Source: Candidatus Shapirobacteria bacterium (GTDB lineage Bacteria; Patescibacteriota; Microgenomatia; UBA12405). From it: a stretch of 64,000 nt of DNA. The stretch spans positions 16,676 to 80,675 of the forward strand of contig JBAZZE010000001.1 of assembly GCA_041658955.1 (NCBI GenBank), read 5' to 3'. Each line of letters opens with the position of its first letter. Position 1 is the first letter of the stretch. The position numbers and the translations under genes were made by a program. The notes under the pieces are model-generated. The model was not told the DNA's origin. It made no database searches and saw only the letters and a list, made by a program, of their open reading frames with translations. Below, in pieces: positions 35,713 to 46,034 of this stretch.

Positions 35713-36618
35713 ATGTTTCCCATTACGAACGAATCCCCACTAGCCAACGAGCCAGCCTTTGGACTCAAATCCCATGAAATGGTTTTGGGTGTAAAAGTTG
35801 TTCCTCTTGTATTTGGTATGGCCAGATTTTCTGCAACCGGCCCACAAAATCCAGAGACCGGACTTTTCCCAGCAAGTCATGTAAATGACGCAGCTGAACA
35901 GGCATTGCTTCACGATGCTATTGCGCAGGGATATAATTTTTTTGACACAGCCCAAGCTTATGGTGACTCCGAGTTCATGTTAGGTCGAGTGCTAAAAGAC
36001 TACTCTCGTAAAAATTTTATAGTTGCTACCAAAGTTGGAATTAGACCGGACCCGGATATTAGAGGTTCTATTAGGCAAAGTGTAGACAGGTTGGGCACAG
36101 TCCCCGATATTTTATTTGTCCATAATCGCTGGCAAGGCCAAATGGAACAAGAAATGGACAATTGTCTCGCCGCGTTGGACGAAGCAGTTGACCAGGGTTA
36201 TGCTCGAGAGATTGGCATCAGTAACTTTCAACCCCACGAGTTAGAGATGGCTATTAGTAAGCTAAGGCATAAACCACTTTTTTACCAAGCTAAACTAAAT
36301 TTAGTCAATCCCCGAAAAGATGCCACTGATACACTGGCTATCTGTGAAAAAAACGGAGTGACCTTCATGGCATCATCAGCTCTTGATAGGGGAGGTGTAA
36401 CCGGTGACACCCTGAATCCAGTCGTTTTAGATGTGGCTAAAAAATACAACATGTCTCCTGCTCAAGTCGCCATTTTTGCGGTTAGATCTTTAGGATCTTT
36501 ACCTCTTGTCCAAACACATAACCTTACTCACCTGAAAGAAAATCTTGACACGCTTTCCTTTTCCATGAAACAAACTGATATTGATAATTTAAAAAATATC
36601 TTGTTAAGAAAAGTTTGA
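35713..36618 (+). CDS. Aldo/keto reductase family protein
   Basis: GYNFFDTAQAYGDSE ... weaker AKR pattern. Confidence 0.6.
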   Translation: MFPITNESPLANEPAFGLKSHEMVLGVKVVPLVFGMARFSATGPQNPETGLFPASHVNDAAEQALLHDAIAQGYNFFDTAQAYGDSEFMLGRVLKDYSRKNFIVATKVGIRPDPDIRGSIRQSVDRLGTVPDILFVHNRWQGQMEQEMDNCLAALDEAVDQGYAREIGISNFQPHELEMAISKLRHKPLFYQAKLNLVNPRKDATDTLAICEKNGVTFMASSALDRGGVTGDTLNPVVLDVAKKYNMSPAQVAIFAVRSLGSLPLVQTHNLTHLKENLDTLSFSMKQTDIDNLKNILLRKV

Positions 36619-36679
36619 TCTTTCAGGTAAATATTGTGTTTTAAAATACTTTTAAAATCTAACTTGGTATAATATCTCA

Positions 36680-36985
36680 ATGACCAAAAACCCCCTGATC
36701 AATGCCCTAAGTGCTTCCGCCTATATTATTCTGGGTGTCACTATCATGTCTTTTGTGACAAAACCATTACAAAATAAACCCGATACTTTTTTTGCTCCGG
36801 TCGTATTCCTATCTCTTTTGACTCTATCAGTCGCCGTCATGGCATTTCTATTTTTCTACCAACCAATTGTTCTTTTAATCGATGGTAAGAAAAAACAAGC
36901 CGTCGACCATTTTTTTAAAACAGTCGGTATCTTTGCAGCCATCACTGGACTCTCTCTCGTCCTTCTTTTTTCCGGTCTGATTTAA
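36680..36985 (+). CDS. Small membrane protein
   Basis: Three TM segments. Confidence 0.3.
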   Translation: MTKNPLINALSASAYIILGVTIMSFVTKPLQNKPDTFFAPVVFLSLLTLSVAVMAFLFFYQPIVLLIDGKKKQAVDHFFKTVGIFAAITGLSLVLLFSGLI

Positions 36986-37001
36986 TAAAGCCCACTAAGT
37001 T

Positions 37002-37280
37002 ATGTGTCGTAGTATCAAACCACTTTTCAATTTTGATCCACCAGCCACAACCGATGAGATCAACCATGCCTCGCAGCAGTTTGTCAAAAAAATTTCCGGA
37101 CTAAGTAAACCCTCAAAAATCAATGTAGAAGTTTTTGACAAAGCTGTCCTAGAAATTTCTAAAATATCTCAAGAACTTCTAGAAACTTTAGTAACCAATG
37201 CAAAGCCAAAGAATCGAGAAAAAGAAAGCCAAAAAGCCAAAGAAAAATCACTTAAGCGATTTGGAATTTCCTCAGCTTAA
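37002..37280 (+). CDS. Hypothetical small protein
   Basis: ORF only. Confidence 0.3.
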   Translation: MCRSIKPLFNFDPPATTDEINHASQQFVKKISGLSKPSKINVEVFDKAVLEISKISQELLETLVTNAKPKNREKESQKAKEKSLKRFGISSA

Positions 37281-37330
37281 CTCATACTATATAAGTAGAC
37301 GATCCATTCAAAGGACTGTAAAATTGTTCT

Positions 37331-37942
37331 ATGAATAACCAAAAAGTCACTTGTAGTATAGCCATATCTGTTGATGGTTTTACCGCCGGACAAAATCAAA
37401 GTTTTGAAAAACCATTTGGCGACAACTTCGATGTCGATCTTCTCCGTCGCTGGATGTTTGTTGAGTCGGAAAAGAAAAATCACCAAAAAGAAATCGATGC
37501 TATTCTCGACGCCGGTGCCTTCATCATGGGAAGTAATATGTTTGGTCCAAAAGACCGCCGGGACACAGTTGAGTGGCGAGGTTGGTGGGGAGACGAGCCA
37601 CCATATCATGCTCCAGTTTTTGTACTATCTCACCAACCACGTGAATCATTTAATATGGCCGGTGGTACTTCTTTTACCTTTGTTACAGATGGTATAGAAT
37701 CTGCCCTGGCACAGGCCAAGAAAGCAGCAGGGGAGCGCAATGTGGCCATCTCAGGTGGTGCTAGTACTATCAATCAATTTTTATCCGCTGGCCTTATCGA
37801 TGAACTCTGGCTTCACATAGTCCCAGTAACTATCGGTGTTGGTACTAAGCTTTTTGAAGATGTCCCTCCATTAAAACTCGAGCCAATGGAAGTCAGTGGC
37901 AATGCTCTCGTTACCCACATCAGATATAAAATTCTTAAATAA
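37331..37942 (+). CDS. Dihydrofolate reductase-like (RibD_C) family protein, paralog 2
   Basis: VTCSIAISVDGFTAG ... AISGGASTINQF pattern. Confidence 0.6.
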   Translation: MNNQKVTCSIAISVDGFTAGQNQSFEKPFGDNFDVDLLRRWMFVESEKKNHQKEIDAILDAGAFIMGSNMFGPKDRRDTVEWRGWWGDEPPYHAPVFVLSHQPRESFNMAGGTSFTFVTDGIESALAQAKKAAGERNVAISGGASTINQFLSAGLIDELWLHIVPVTIGVGTKLFEDVPPLKLEPMEVSGNALVTHIRYKILK

Positions 37943-37966
37943 TTTTTTAAAAATTAATCAAAAAAT

Positions 37967-38347
37967 ATGTCCAAATATGTCGATGGATTTGTCCTAGTCG
38001 TTCCCAGTAATAAAACCGAAGAGTACAAAAAAATAGCCGAGATCGGTCGTGATTCTTGGATGAAGCATGGCGCTCTTAACTATTTTGAATGTCGTGGTGA
38101 TGACATGAAACAGCAAGAAATGGGAGATGAAAAAACCCGATTTTTCCCCGAAATGGTCGGTGCTAGTAGTGAGGAAACTGTTTGGTTTTCTTTTATAACA
38201 TTTAAATCCAAAGCCCATCGCGATGAGGTTAACGCTTTGGTCATGGCAGAGATGGCACAGGAGATGAGCAAAATGAAAGACATGGAAATGCCAGTAAACA
38301 TGAACCGTATGGCTTACGGTGGTTTTGAGGTGGAAGTGGAAGGATAA
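37967..38347 (+). CDS. DUF1428-like protein
   Basis: MSKYVDGFVLVVP ... GALNYFEC pattern. Confidence 0.45.
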   Translation: MSKYVDGFVLVVPSNKTEEYKKIAEIGRDSWMKHGALNYFECRGDDMKQQEMGDEKTRFFPEMVGASSEETVWFSFITFKSKAHRDEVNALVMAEMAQEMSKMKDMEMPVNMNRMAYGGFEVEVEG

Positions 38348-38374
38348 AGAACCAAAACAAGACTATAATTAGTA

Positions 38375-38944
38375 ATGAATATAACTCAAATTGATGTCTT
38401 AATTCATCCTGATTTTTATCAGATGAAAAATCCATCAATGCCTCTACATCAAATTCAAAAAGATCTGAGAAGCTTGTGGGATGAAAGAGTCAACGAGTTA
38501 AGGAATAGTGGAGATGGAGTATTGATATATTTTTCAAATATGCCAAAAGATGAGTTGGCAATGGGGATGAGGAATAAAAACTCGCTTGATAATGATATTA
38601 AACGAGGGGATATTGATAGAATAAAACGCTATCAAAGGGAGTTAGGTGACCGATTTATTTTATTTAGCGAGTTGGAGCAGCCAAGCGCAGAACAGTTAAA
38701 AGATATTTTTAGCAGCCGAGGATTTTCTTACGAACCAGATGAAACAAAACTGTGTCCATATGGTGAAGCGTTTGATGCTTGTGTCACTGCTTGGGGTTAT
38801 CACATCAAGACAGTTCTCCAAATTCCTAATTCTAATTATGATTTCTATACCGAAGGTATGTCTTTAACGTTTGAAGACACTAAAGTGATCGACAGCTGGA
38901 GGCGTGGGGTAGAAGGTGATCATAAACAAGTAAGAAGAAAATAA
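38375..38944 (+). CDS. Hypothetical protein
   Basis: ORF only. Confidence 0.35.
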   Translation: MNITQIDVLIHPDFYQMKNPSMPLHQIQKDLRSLWDERVNELRNSGDGVLIYFSNMPKDELAMGMRNKNSLDNDIKRGDIDRIKRYQRELGDRFILFSELEQPSAEQLKDIFSSRGFSYEPDETKLCPYGEAFDACVTAWGYHIKTVLQIPNSNYDFYTEGMSLTFEDTKVIDSWRRGVEGDHKQVRRK

Positions 38945-38973
38945 ATAATTGCCACCCCTGCTAAAATCAACAT

Positions 38974-39699
38974 ATGAAAAATATACTTGTCACTGGTGCA
39001 CTTCGGGGAATTGGTAAATCAGTTTTACAAGTTCTTCATGATGAAAGCTTCAATATCATTGGTATCTACAACTCCACCGAGTCTGAAGTTGAAAAAATAT
39101 CCAAAGATTTTCCCAACACTCAACTCCACAAAGTCGATCTCTCGTCTCGATTACAAATTAATGAATTTGTAACCAAATTAGGTGACACCAAACTTTTTGC
39201 GATTATCAATGTCGCCGGTATTGCTCTGGGAGACTCTGTTGGTTTATTCAGTCTCGACCAGTGGGACCAAACTATGGAAGTTAATTTAACTGCTCCACTA
39301 ATGCTGTCTACTTTGCTGGCCAACAATCTCGAAAACGGGGGATCAATAGTCAATGTTACTAGCGTTTATGGTTCACAATATGGAATGAATATGAGTCTAT
39401 CGTATTCATCTTCTAAGGCTGCTCTAAGTAATCTAACCAAATCATTGTCCTACCAATTAAGAGATAAAAACATTAGAGTCAACGCTGTTTCTCCCAGTAT
39501 TGTCGATACTGATATGACCTCTCAAGATACCAAGGAAATGTTAGACGAGGTCGCTCGCCGAACTCCGGTTGGGCGGATTGCCAAATCAGTGGAGATTGCC
39601 AATGTTGTTAGTTTTTTAATCTCTGAAAAAGCTAGCTACATCAATGGCCAGACAATTATTGCCGATGGGGGATACTCCTCTTGGGACGGAATCTACTAA
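38974..39699 (+). CDS. SDR-family oxidoreductase
   Basis: Nucleotide-binding TGALRGIGKS and catalytic YSSSK. Confidence 0.8.
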   Translation: MKNILVTGALRGIGKSVLQVLHDESFNIIGIYNSTESEVEKISKDFPNTQLHKVDLSSRLQINEFVTKLGDTKLFAIINVAGIALGDSVGLFSLDQWDQTMEVNLTAPLMLSTLLANNLENGGSIVNVTSVYGSQYGMNMSLSYSSSKAALSNLTKSLSYQLRDKNIRVNAVSPSIVDTDMTSQDTKEMLDEVARRTPVGRIAKSVEIANVVSFLISEKASYINGQTIIADGGYSSWDGIY

Positions 39700-39753
39700 A
39701 TTTTTAAAATAATCCTATTCATATTTCTCGGTCACAATCGGGTAAAATATACT

Positions 39754-39972
39754 ATGAAGAAATATGTTGTCGCTCTGATTGGTATTCTCTCCGCCTTCTA
39801 TCTTCTCAATCCCGGCTTTGGACTTTTCGAGTTTATCCCTGACAATATTCCCATCATTGGAAATTTGGACGAGGGGACTGCTATGTATCTACTTATCTCA
39901 TCACTTGCTTATTTTGGTATAGACATCAAAGGGATATTTAAGAATTGGTGGACTCGCCAAGATAAAAAATGA
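39754..39972 (+). CDS. DUF1232 (YkvA-like) small membrane protein
   Basis: IPDNIPIIGNLDEG motif. Confidence 0.4.
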   Translation: MKKYVVALIGILSAFYLLNPGFGLFEFIPDNIPIIGNLDEGTAMYLLISSLAYFGIDIKGIFKNWWTRQDKK

Positions 39973-40418
39973 ATCTTGCTCAAACCCTTTTCATAACAAT
40001 TTATGGTTTTGTTTCTCTGCTAGTTTTTGTTAAAGGGTTTTATGAAGTAGCCAAAAAACACAACCCATTTGGCGAAAGTTTTGTTCTTTTTTGGATGGGA
40101 GTATTTGTTTGGGGTGATGCACTGGTCCTTGGTCTGTTCTGGTTTCTAGTATCAATCTTCATTTTTATATTAAAAGATTGGATTCTGTTTCTATTAATCT
40201 TTTCAGTATTTTGGGTAGTGAGAAGCCTGGGTGAAGTTGTATATTGGTTCAGTCATCAGTTTTCCACAGTGGTCCGCAATCCTCCCGAAACATTACTAGG
40301 ATACCGGCTTTTTAAAAATGATTCTATTTGGTTTGTTTACCAAATTGTCTGGCAATGTATATTAACTATTTCAATAGTCACCACCATTTTTCTAATAAAT
40401 TTGTGGAGATTAAGTTAA
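39969..40418 (+). CDS. Membrane protein
   Basis: Four TM segments. Confidence 0.3.
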   Translation: MNLAQTLFITIYGFVSLLVFVKGFYEVAKKHNPFGESFVLFWMGVFVWGDALVLGLFWFLVSIFIFILKDWILFLLIFSVFWVVRSLGEVVYWFSHQFSTVVRNPPETLLGYRLFKNDSIWFVYQIVWQCILTISIVTTIFLINLWRLS

Positions 40419-40534
40419 ATACACTTTCTGAGGTATTAAAGTTTTTTCATACTATAAACTTGGATTAAGAAATATTTGTAAAAAGATCTACAAAAATCAA
40501 TTGACATTTTCGTAGAAATATCTATAGTTAGCCT

Positions 40535-41080
40535 ATGTTCAATCTTACAGTTAGTAACGCCCGTACCAATTTCCCCCTTAGCCCCAAAAAAATTATTAAA
40601 AAGACCATCTCAAAGGCGATGGCCTTACCTTGGATATATCTTTTCTTAGGTGCATTTTTTGCCCCGGCTTACCCATTATTACGCAATATCTTTGGTACTA
40701 GCACTATTCCCATCATTATAATTTTTATTATCATTTTATTTCTCCTAAACGTTCTTTGGACTTATATCTACGAAGGTTGGTACTTTAATACTTATTTTTA
40801 CGAACTCACTGAGAGTTTTATAGTAATTCGCAAAGGTGTTTTCTCAAATCAGGAGATAACAATTCCTTACGACAGAATTCAGGATGTCTATGTAGATCAA
40901 GATATCATCGATCGTATTTTTGGTCTTTATGATGTCCACTTATCGAGCGCAACTATGTCATCTTCTTGGTTGGCTCATATTGATGGTGTTGAACAAGCTG
41001 CTGCTGATGGACTAAAGCAAGCCTTACTTTCGAAATTACAACGTGGTCAAACCAGTAATGGAAACAAAATCACTCAATAA
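40535..41080 (+). CDS. Bacterial PH-domain (bPH_2/DUF304, YdbS-like) membrane protein
   Basis: TM hairpin plus RKGVFSNQEITIPYDRIQDVYVDQDIIDRIFGLYDV. Confidence 0.5.
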   Translation: MFNLTVSNARTNFPLSPKKIIKKTISKAMALPWIYLFLGAFFAPAYPLLRNIFGTSTIPIIIIFIIILFLLNVLWTYIYEGWYFNTYFYELTESFIVIRKGVFSNQEITIPYDRIQDVYVDQDIIDRIFGLYDVHLSSATMSSSWLAHIDGVEQAAADGLKQALLSKLQRGQTSNGNKITQ

Positions 41081-41654
41081 ACAAACCACGTTTACCATAA
41101 ATAAATTGTGGAAAATATTTCCTATATTTTCCCCCACTTTGCTCAGTCTGATTAATCTGATAATCAGCTTGTCTCTACTAGGATTCTATGGCAGATCTAA
41201 TATTTCCCCGGAAAGTATCGGACCATTATTCGTCTTTACTGCCGTCGGATTACTTTTCACCTTGGTATACTTTTTCTTAGGGACGGCTAGCCTTTACAGT
41301 ATTATTTATCGTCATTTATATATAAACAGTTTCCAGGTCACCGTCGGTGATGATCACCTGGTTGTCCAAAGTGGCATTCTCAATAAAAGTGAACGAACCA
41401 TTCCTTTTTCAGTTATCCAAAACATTGTCCTGTCCCACAGTCTAACTGATTATTATTTTGGACTTGCCTCTATATTTATTGAAAACGCCTCAAACTCTGG
41501 AATGGCTTTTGCACCATCTCGCCAGTCAGGAGCTGGTTTTAGTAACATGGTTTTTGTTCCTTGTTTATCGTCAGCTGCTGCTTTGGATTTGCGTAATCAA
41601 TTGCTGGATAAAGTAAAACTGTTTAATAGTTTGGCACCTGGCCAAGGTATCTAG
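41043..41654 (+). CDS. Second bPH_2-like (YdbT-like) membrane protein; overlaps the upstream gene by 38 nt
   Basis: TM hairpin plus SERTIPFSVIQNIVLSHSLTDYYFGLASI. Confidence 0.45.
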   Translation: MVKPVMETKSLNKQTTFTINKLWKIFPIFSPTLLSLINLIISLSLLGFYGRSNISPESIGPLFVFTAVGLLFTLVYFFLGTASLYSIIYRHLYINSFQVTVGDDHLVVQSGILNKSERTIPFSVIQNIVLSHSLTDYYFGLASIFIENASNSGMAFAPSRQSGAGFSNMVFVPCLSSAAALDLRNQLLDKVKLFNSLAPGQGI

Positions 41655-42347
41655 ATGACAACTTATATTTCCGATCCGACCTACACTCCAAATCAAAACG
41701 AAAACGACGGTCAAAAACATGGTTTGATCATAGCCCTTATAGCCATTCAATTATTTTCAGTCGTTGCTACACTAGTCGTCTACGTTCTGATAATAACTAA
41801 AAACAGGTCACGTTTTGGCAACTTTACCATCGATAATACTACTTCAAAATCGGGCTACACTGCCAAAGTGGCTCCGCCTTCCACTACTTTTATTTCTAAG
41901 TCAAATCAAATCAAACTTGATTATAGTCAAGGAAATTACGATAAAGCCGATTCTGCGGCAACACAGCTATTGGCTTTTGCCAAAACTGATGATGAGCGAG
42001 CCATTGCCTATTATTGGCAAGGATTGACTTCTTACAGTTTAAAAAAATATAACGATTCTGAAATTTATTTAAACCAAGCCCTGGCTCTAAATCCCAAGTA
42101 CGCTGCTCCTTATGTCACCTTAGGTTCAATATCTCAACTAAGACAGGATGGTCAAAAAATGTTGGAATACTCAACAAAATGTATAAGTATTGATCCAAAA
42201 TACGCTTGGTGTCATAACAATCTTGGAATAGGTTACATGATGACCAATCAAAAAGAAAAAGGAATTGAAGAATTTCGTGAAGCAGTCAAACTGGACCCCA
42301 CTCAATATGTCTTTAATGAAAATCTAAAGCGAGCCTTGTCCCAATAA
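41655..42347 (+). CDS. TPR-repeat protein with an N-terminal TM
   Basis: AYYWQGL ... LNQALALNPKYAAPY ... TPR-like 34-aa repeats. Confidence 0.55.
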   Translation: MTTYISDPTYTPNQNENDGQKHGLIIALIAIQLFSVVATLVVYVLIITKNRSRFGNFTIDNTTSKSGYTAKVAPPSTTFISKSNQIKLDYSQGNYDKADSAATQLLAFAKTDDERAIAYYWQGLTSYSLKKYNDSEIYLNQALALNPKYAAPYVTLGSISQLRQDGQKMLEYSTKCISIDPKYAWCHNNLGIGYMMTNQKEKGIEEFREAVKLDPTQYVFNENLKRALSQ

Positions 42348-42672
42348 AATTATTTGCCTAAATGTCTACAGTCCGAAGCTAGGGAGTGGTCAATATAGTT
42401 CAAATTTCCACCTGGCCAGTTGTTCGATTAGTGAATTTACTTTTTAAAACCTATAACATGACAAATATCACTTATAATGATATAATTGTCCCGTAGTAAT
42501 ATCTAACGCCAAGCAATAGCAGCCTGGCTTTTTAGGTATTGCAGTACATTAAAAGCTTGACTATGACCAGCAACTTGTCGATCTTTATAGGTCGATAAAT
42601 TGCTGGTCATACTGTGCTGAAAACACCCGTCGTAAGTAAAAATCATCAAGAAAATACTCAAGGAGAATACGC

Positions 42673-43728
42673 ATGAACATAACCATTGGAACTGGATGGG
42701 CAATCACTTATGCCATCCTCGGTCTCATCGGAATCATCGGTGGAGCCATCTGGCTGATCTATAATGCCAGAGAACGTGAATCTGTACTTGGTCCGCTTGC
42801 CGTGCTCGTTGTTGGAATTGCCTCCGCCTACCTCTGGTCCTATGCGGCGACGCACTTCCGTGTTCCGGTCAATAAGCAAGCCCTGCTCATCAACACCATT
42901 GACCAGAAAGTCATCGGTACCCGCCAGTCAGGTATCCAAACCCGACCCATCTTCGGCGTCAAAGTGGAGCTGTGGCCCGCCAATACCCAGTACGACCTTC
43001 TCGTTGATATGGGTCCTGGAGTTGAGAGCGCAACCACGAAGAATGGCACCTCCATCTATGCTGACACCAAAGTCTATCTTGATCTGAGCCATATGGACAT
43101 CGAAGCGGCTTTTCGTGCATCCAATGGCAATTGGGACACCTTCTACGAAAAGAACCTTCGCCCTGGTCTAATGGATGTCACTCGAAACGTCTCGGATGGC
43201 TATGGAACAAGCGACCACACCTTCAAACGTGGCGAATGGGTCACAGATTACGAAGCCGCCCTGCAGGTGTACTTTGCCACTGCTGGAAAAGGATATGGTA
43301 TCGTTCTGGTTCCTGGTCGAACCACCATGTCATGGGACTTCGTAAACGAGCAGGATGCAAAGGCATACGATGATGCCAACCGCGCCGGTTACCTGACTCA
43401 ACAGCGTGAGAACGAAAAGGCGGCGCTGTTAATTGAAGCGGAAATGGCGAAGATTCGTTCAGAAATGCTCTCCTCAACGGCTGATGGAAGCATCACTGGT
43501 CTTCAGAAGATTTCCGATTTCATCGCTTCTCAGCCCGCAGAACTTCGCCCCTATCTGATGGAGTATTTGAAGACCATGGTTGATTTGGAATATTTGCGCC
43601 TTGTTGGTGAACAGCGTCCTGAGCAGTTCCTCCCTCCAAACAGTGGCACTGTTCCCACCTACAACTTCAACCAGCCCTTGGTAATCCCGACCAGTTTGCC
43701 ATCGGCAACACCTGCACCAACTCAGTAA
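42673..43728 (+). CDS. Membrane-anchored hypothetical protein with atypical (higher) GC
   Basis: Two N-terminal TM helices. Local GC is clearly above its surroundings. It has its own long terminator. Confidence 0.4.
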   Translation: MNITIGTGWAITYAILGLIGIIGGAIWLIYNARERESVLGPLAVLVVGIASAYLWSYAATHFRVPVNKQALLINTIDQKVIGTRQSGIQTRPIFGVKVELWPANTQYDLLVDMGPGVESATTKNGTSIYADTKVYLDLSHMDIEAAFRASNGNWDTFYEKNLRPGLMDVTRNVSDGYGTSDHTFKRGEWVTDYEAALQVYFATAGKGYGIVLVPGRTTMSWDFVNEQDAKAYDDANRAGYLTQQRENEKAALLIEAEMAKIRSEMLSSTADGSITGLQKISDFIASQPAELRPYLMEYLKTMVDLEYLRLVGEQRPEQFLPPNSGTVPTYNFNQPLVIPTSLPSATPAPTQ

Positions 43729-43762
43729 AAGTTTTCAACCAGCACAGTATCAAGTCGGCTAT

Positions 43763-43834
43763 GGCCGCTCCTGCAATGTTGTTTGCGCCTGGGGATTTCC
43801 CCGGGCGCAACACATTGGGAGCGGCTTTTTTTTG
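43763..43834 (+). terminator. Long imperfect hairpin plus T8 intrinsic terminator
   Basis: GGCCGCTCC ... GGAGCGGC outer stem with inner TTGCGCC/GGCGCAA, followed by TTTTTTTT. Confidence 0.6.
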
Positions 43835-43944
43835 GTCAAATTACTATCAAATAAATTCTCTCGTCAAAAATAAAAATATTGTCACGGTCATTGGTTCATT
43901 TTTGTCATCAGAGTTGAGTCCTAATCTTTGAGTTATACTTTCCT

Positions 43945-44484
43945 ATGTCGGCCAAAAAACTAATCGTTTGCGTCTGTCGAGGAAATATACTTCGCTCGGC
44001 CATCGCCGAAAAATTAATCAATAATCAACTTGATATTAATGGTTTGGGCGATAAGTACGAAGTCATCTCCAGAAGTATTCAGGGGACCACACTCGACACC
44101 AAACAGGTTAGATATCCAAACTTAACCTATTATTCGGAAGTTTATCAACGAGTAAAACCAATTCTGGACGAACTAAATGTTGATCTCAGCCAGCACGTTT
44201 CCACCGCAATTAATAATCAAACTGCGACAAACGCTACCCACATCTTCGCCATGGATAAACTAACTAAGTCTGCTCTTCAAACTCTTTTTCCAGACCATGC
44301 CAATAAAATATTATTATTTTCTGATTTAGTCGAACATATTGATGAAGTGGTAGATGTGCCTTATTACACCAAGCCAACATATAGTATTAAAACAATTCAA
44401 GAAATCAAAGGTATTTTAGATAAAGGAATTGGCAATCTACTTACTTTAGTTGAAACTGGAAATCTACCCGAAAAGTCTGTTTAG
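43945..44484 (+). CDS. Low-molecular-weight protein-tyrosine phosphatase / ArsC-like
   Basis: P-loop VCVCRGNILRS, matching the Cx5R(S/T) active-site motif near the N-terminus. Confidence 0.55.
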   Translation: MSAKKLIVCVCRGNILRSAIAEKLINNQLDINGLGDKYEVISRSIQGTTLDTKQVRYPNLTYYSEVYQRVKPILDELNVDLSQHVSTAINNQTATNATHIFAMDKLTKSALQTLFPDHANKILLFSDLVEHIDEVVDVPYYTKPTYSIKTIQEIKGILDKGIGNLLTLVETGNLPEKSV

Positions 44485-44506
44485 AATTTCTTGATAAAAT
44501 CAATCA

Positions 44507-45121
44507 ATGAAATTTGTTTTTGTTTCCCACGGTATTAACCAACTTGCTCGTAAAAAGTTGTTATCTCTAGCTGGTAAAAATACTAAGTTACTTTTAATCG
44601 ACACTCCGGCTAAAACATATATTCCAACTCCACCATGGTTGATTGAATCTATTGATGAACTAAAAGAAATTGGATTCAATGTCGATCAGTTTGACATTGA
44701 AGACGCTTACTATAACAAAGTTGACCTTGCCACTAAATTCAAAGAATATGGAGTTGTCGCCGTCAGCGGTGGTAATGTTTTTTATTTTCTATATTGGGCA
44801 GAAAAAGTTGGACTCAAAAAAATACTAGCGGACTATCTAAACAATGATGGAATTTATTTGGGTGAAAGTGCCGGTGCGGTCTGCCATCACCACGACCTCG
44901 AGCCTCTTAAGCTCGCCGATAAACCAGAGTTAGCACCTGCAATAGTTACTCATGGACTAGAGCTAACCGGCATCATAGTTATTCCTCACTGGGATAATGT
45001 CAAATATCACGAAGTTATGGAAAAAATTAGAAACATGTATATATCCCAAAATCTCACTACCTATCCACTCAATGACGGTCAAGTTATGTTTGTGGATGGT
45101 GATCAAATTGAAATTATCTAA
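44507..45121 (+). CDS. Peptidase S51 (dipeptidase E/cyanophycinase-like) family protein
   Basis: VAVSGGNVFYFL ... YLGESAGAV pattern. Confidence 0.5.
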   Translation: MKFVFVSHGINQLARKKLLSLAGKNTKLLLIDTPAKTYIPTPPWLIESIDELKEIGFNVDQFDIEDAYYNKVDLATKFKEYGVVAVSGGNVFYFLYWAEKVGLKKILADYLNNDGIYLGESAGAVCHHHDLEPLKLADKPELAPAIVTHGLELTGIIVIPHWDNVKYHEVMEKIRNMYISQNLTTYPLNDGQVMFVDGDQIEII

Positions 45122-45167
45122 GTCTGGTCTTCACAACTATTACTTATTCGTTTGTTAAAATCAGGTT

Positions 45168-46034
45168 ATGAATAAAATCCTTATAATCGGCGGATCCCGT
45201 TTTGTCGGTCCATATCTAGTTGATCTAGTACTTAAAGACGGTAACGACTTAACAATCTTTAATCGGGGTAACTTTTCATCTGAATATCCAAACGTAAAAT
45301 TCATAAAAGGTGACCGCAACAATGGTTTTGCCACTCTTAAAGATCAGCATTTTGATATAGTCTTCGATACCTGCGCCTACAATGGGGTACAGACTCAACA
45401 GGTACTTGACCAAATAGATTTTGATTTCTTGGTTCATTTTGGGACTATGGCTTCCTATGCGGAAACTCATATTTTCCCCATTAAGGAAACTTCCCCAATC
45501 GGCATTTGGCCCACCATGGGGGATTATGGCAAAGGAAAAGCTGAGTGTGAAAAAGTTCTCGCCAATTCCCATAAAAAATATGCTTCACTTAGACCAACTT
45601 ATGTTTTAGGTCCAAATAATTATTGTGATCGGGAGAATTTTATCTATAACAAATTAGTCAAAGGTGAAGCAATAAAAATCCCCGGCAAAGGTACGTGTCT
45701 AAACCAATTTGTCTTTGCCAATGAGGTGGCTTATTGCCTTTATCTGCTTGGTAAAAATAAAATCGAAGGAGAGTACAACTGTGGCGGTGACGAATATATT
45801 TCACTCCTCGATCTGGTCAAAGAGATGGCTAGCATCAGTGGAACGGTACCGAAAATTGAATTCGATATGGACCACGATGGCAGCAATCAAGACGAATCTC
45901 TTTTCCCGTTTTCTAATGAAAATTTCCTTATCGATAATCAATTGATCAAAAAAACATTAAATATTGCCTTTGAGCCATTAGTTCCCAGACTCAAAAAAGA
46001 TTGGGAAGAATATTATAAAAATAATTTGAAATAA
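45168..46034 (+). CDS. NAD-dependent epimerase/dehydratase family protein
   Basis: N-terminal ILIIGGSRFVGPYL Rossmann motif. Confidence 0.7.
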   Translation: MNKILIIGGSRFVGPYLVDLVLKDGNDLTIFNRGNFSSEYPNVKFIKGDRNNGFATLKDQHFDIVFDTCAYNGVQTQQVLDQIDFDFLVHFGTMASYAETHIFPIKETSPIGIWPTMGDYGKGKAECEKVLANSHKKYASLRPTYVLGPNNYCDRENFIYNKLVKGEAIKIPGKGTCLNQFVFANEVAYCLYLLGKNKIEGEYNCGGDEYISLLDLVKEMASISGTVPKIEFDMDHDGSNQDESLFPFSNENFLIDNQLIKKTLNIAFEPLVPRLKKDWEEYYKNNLK

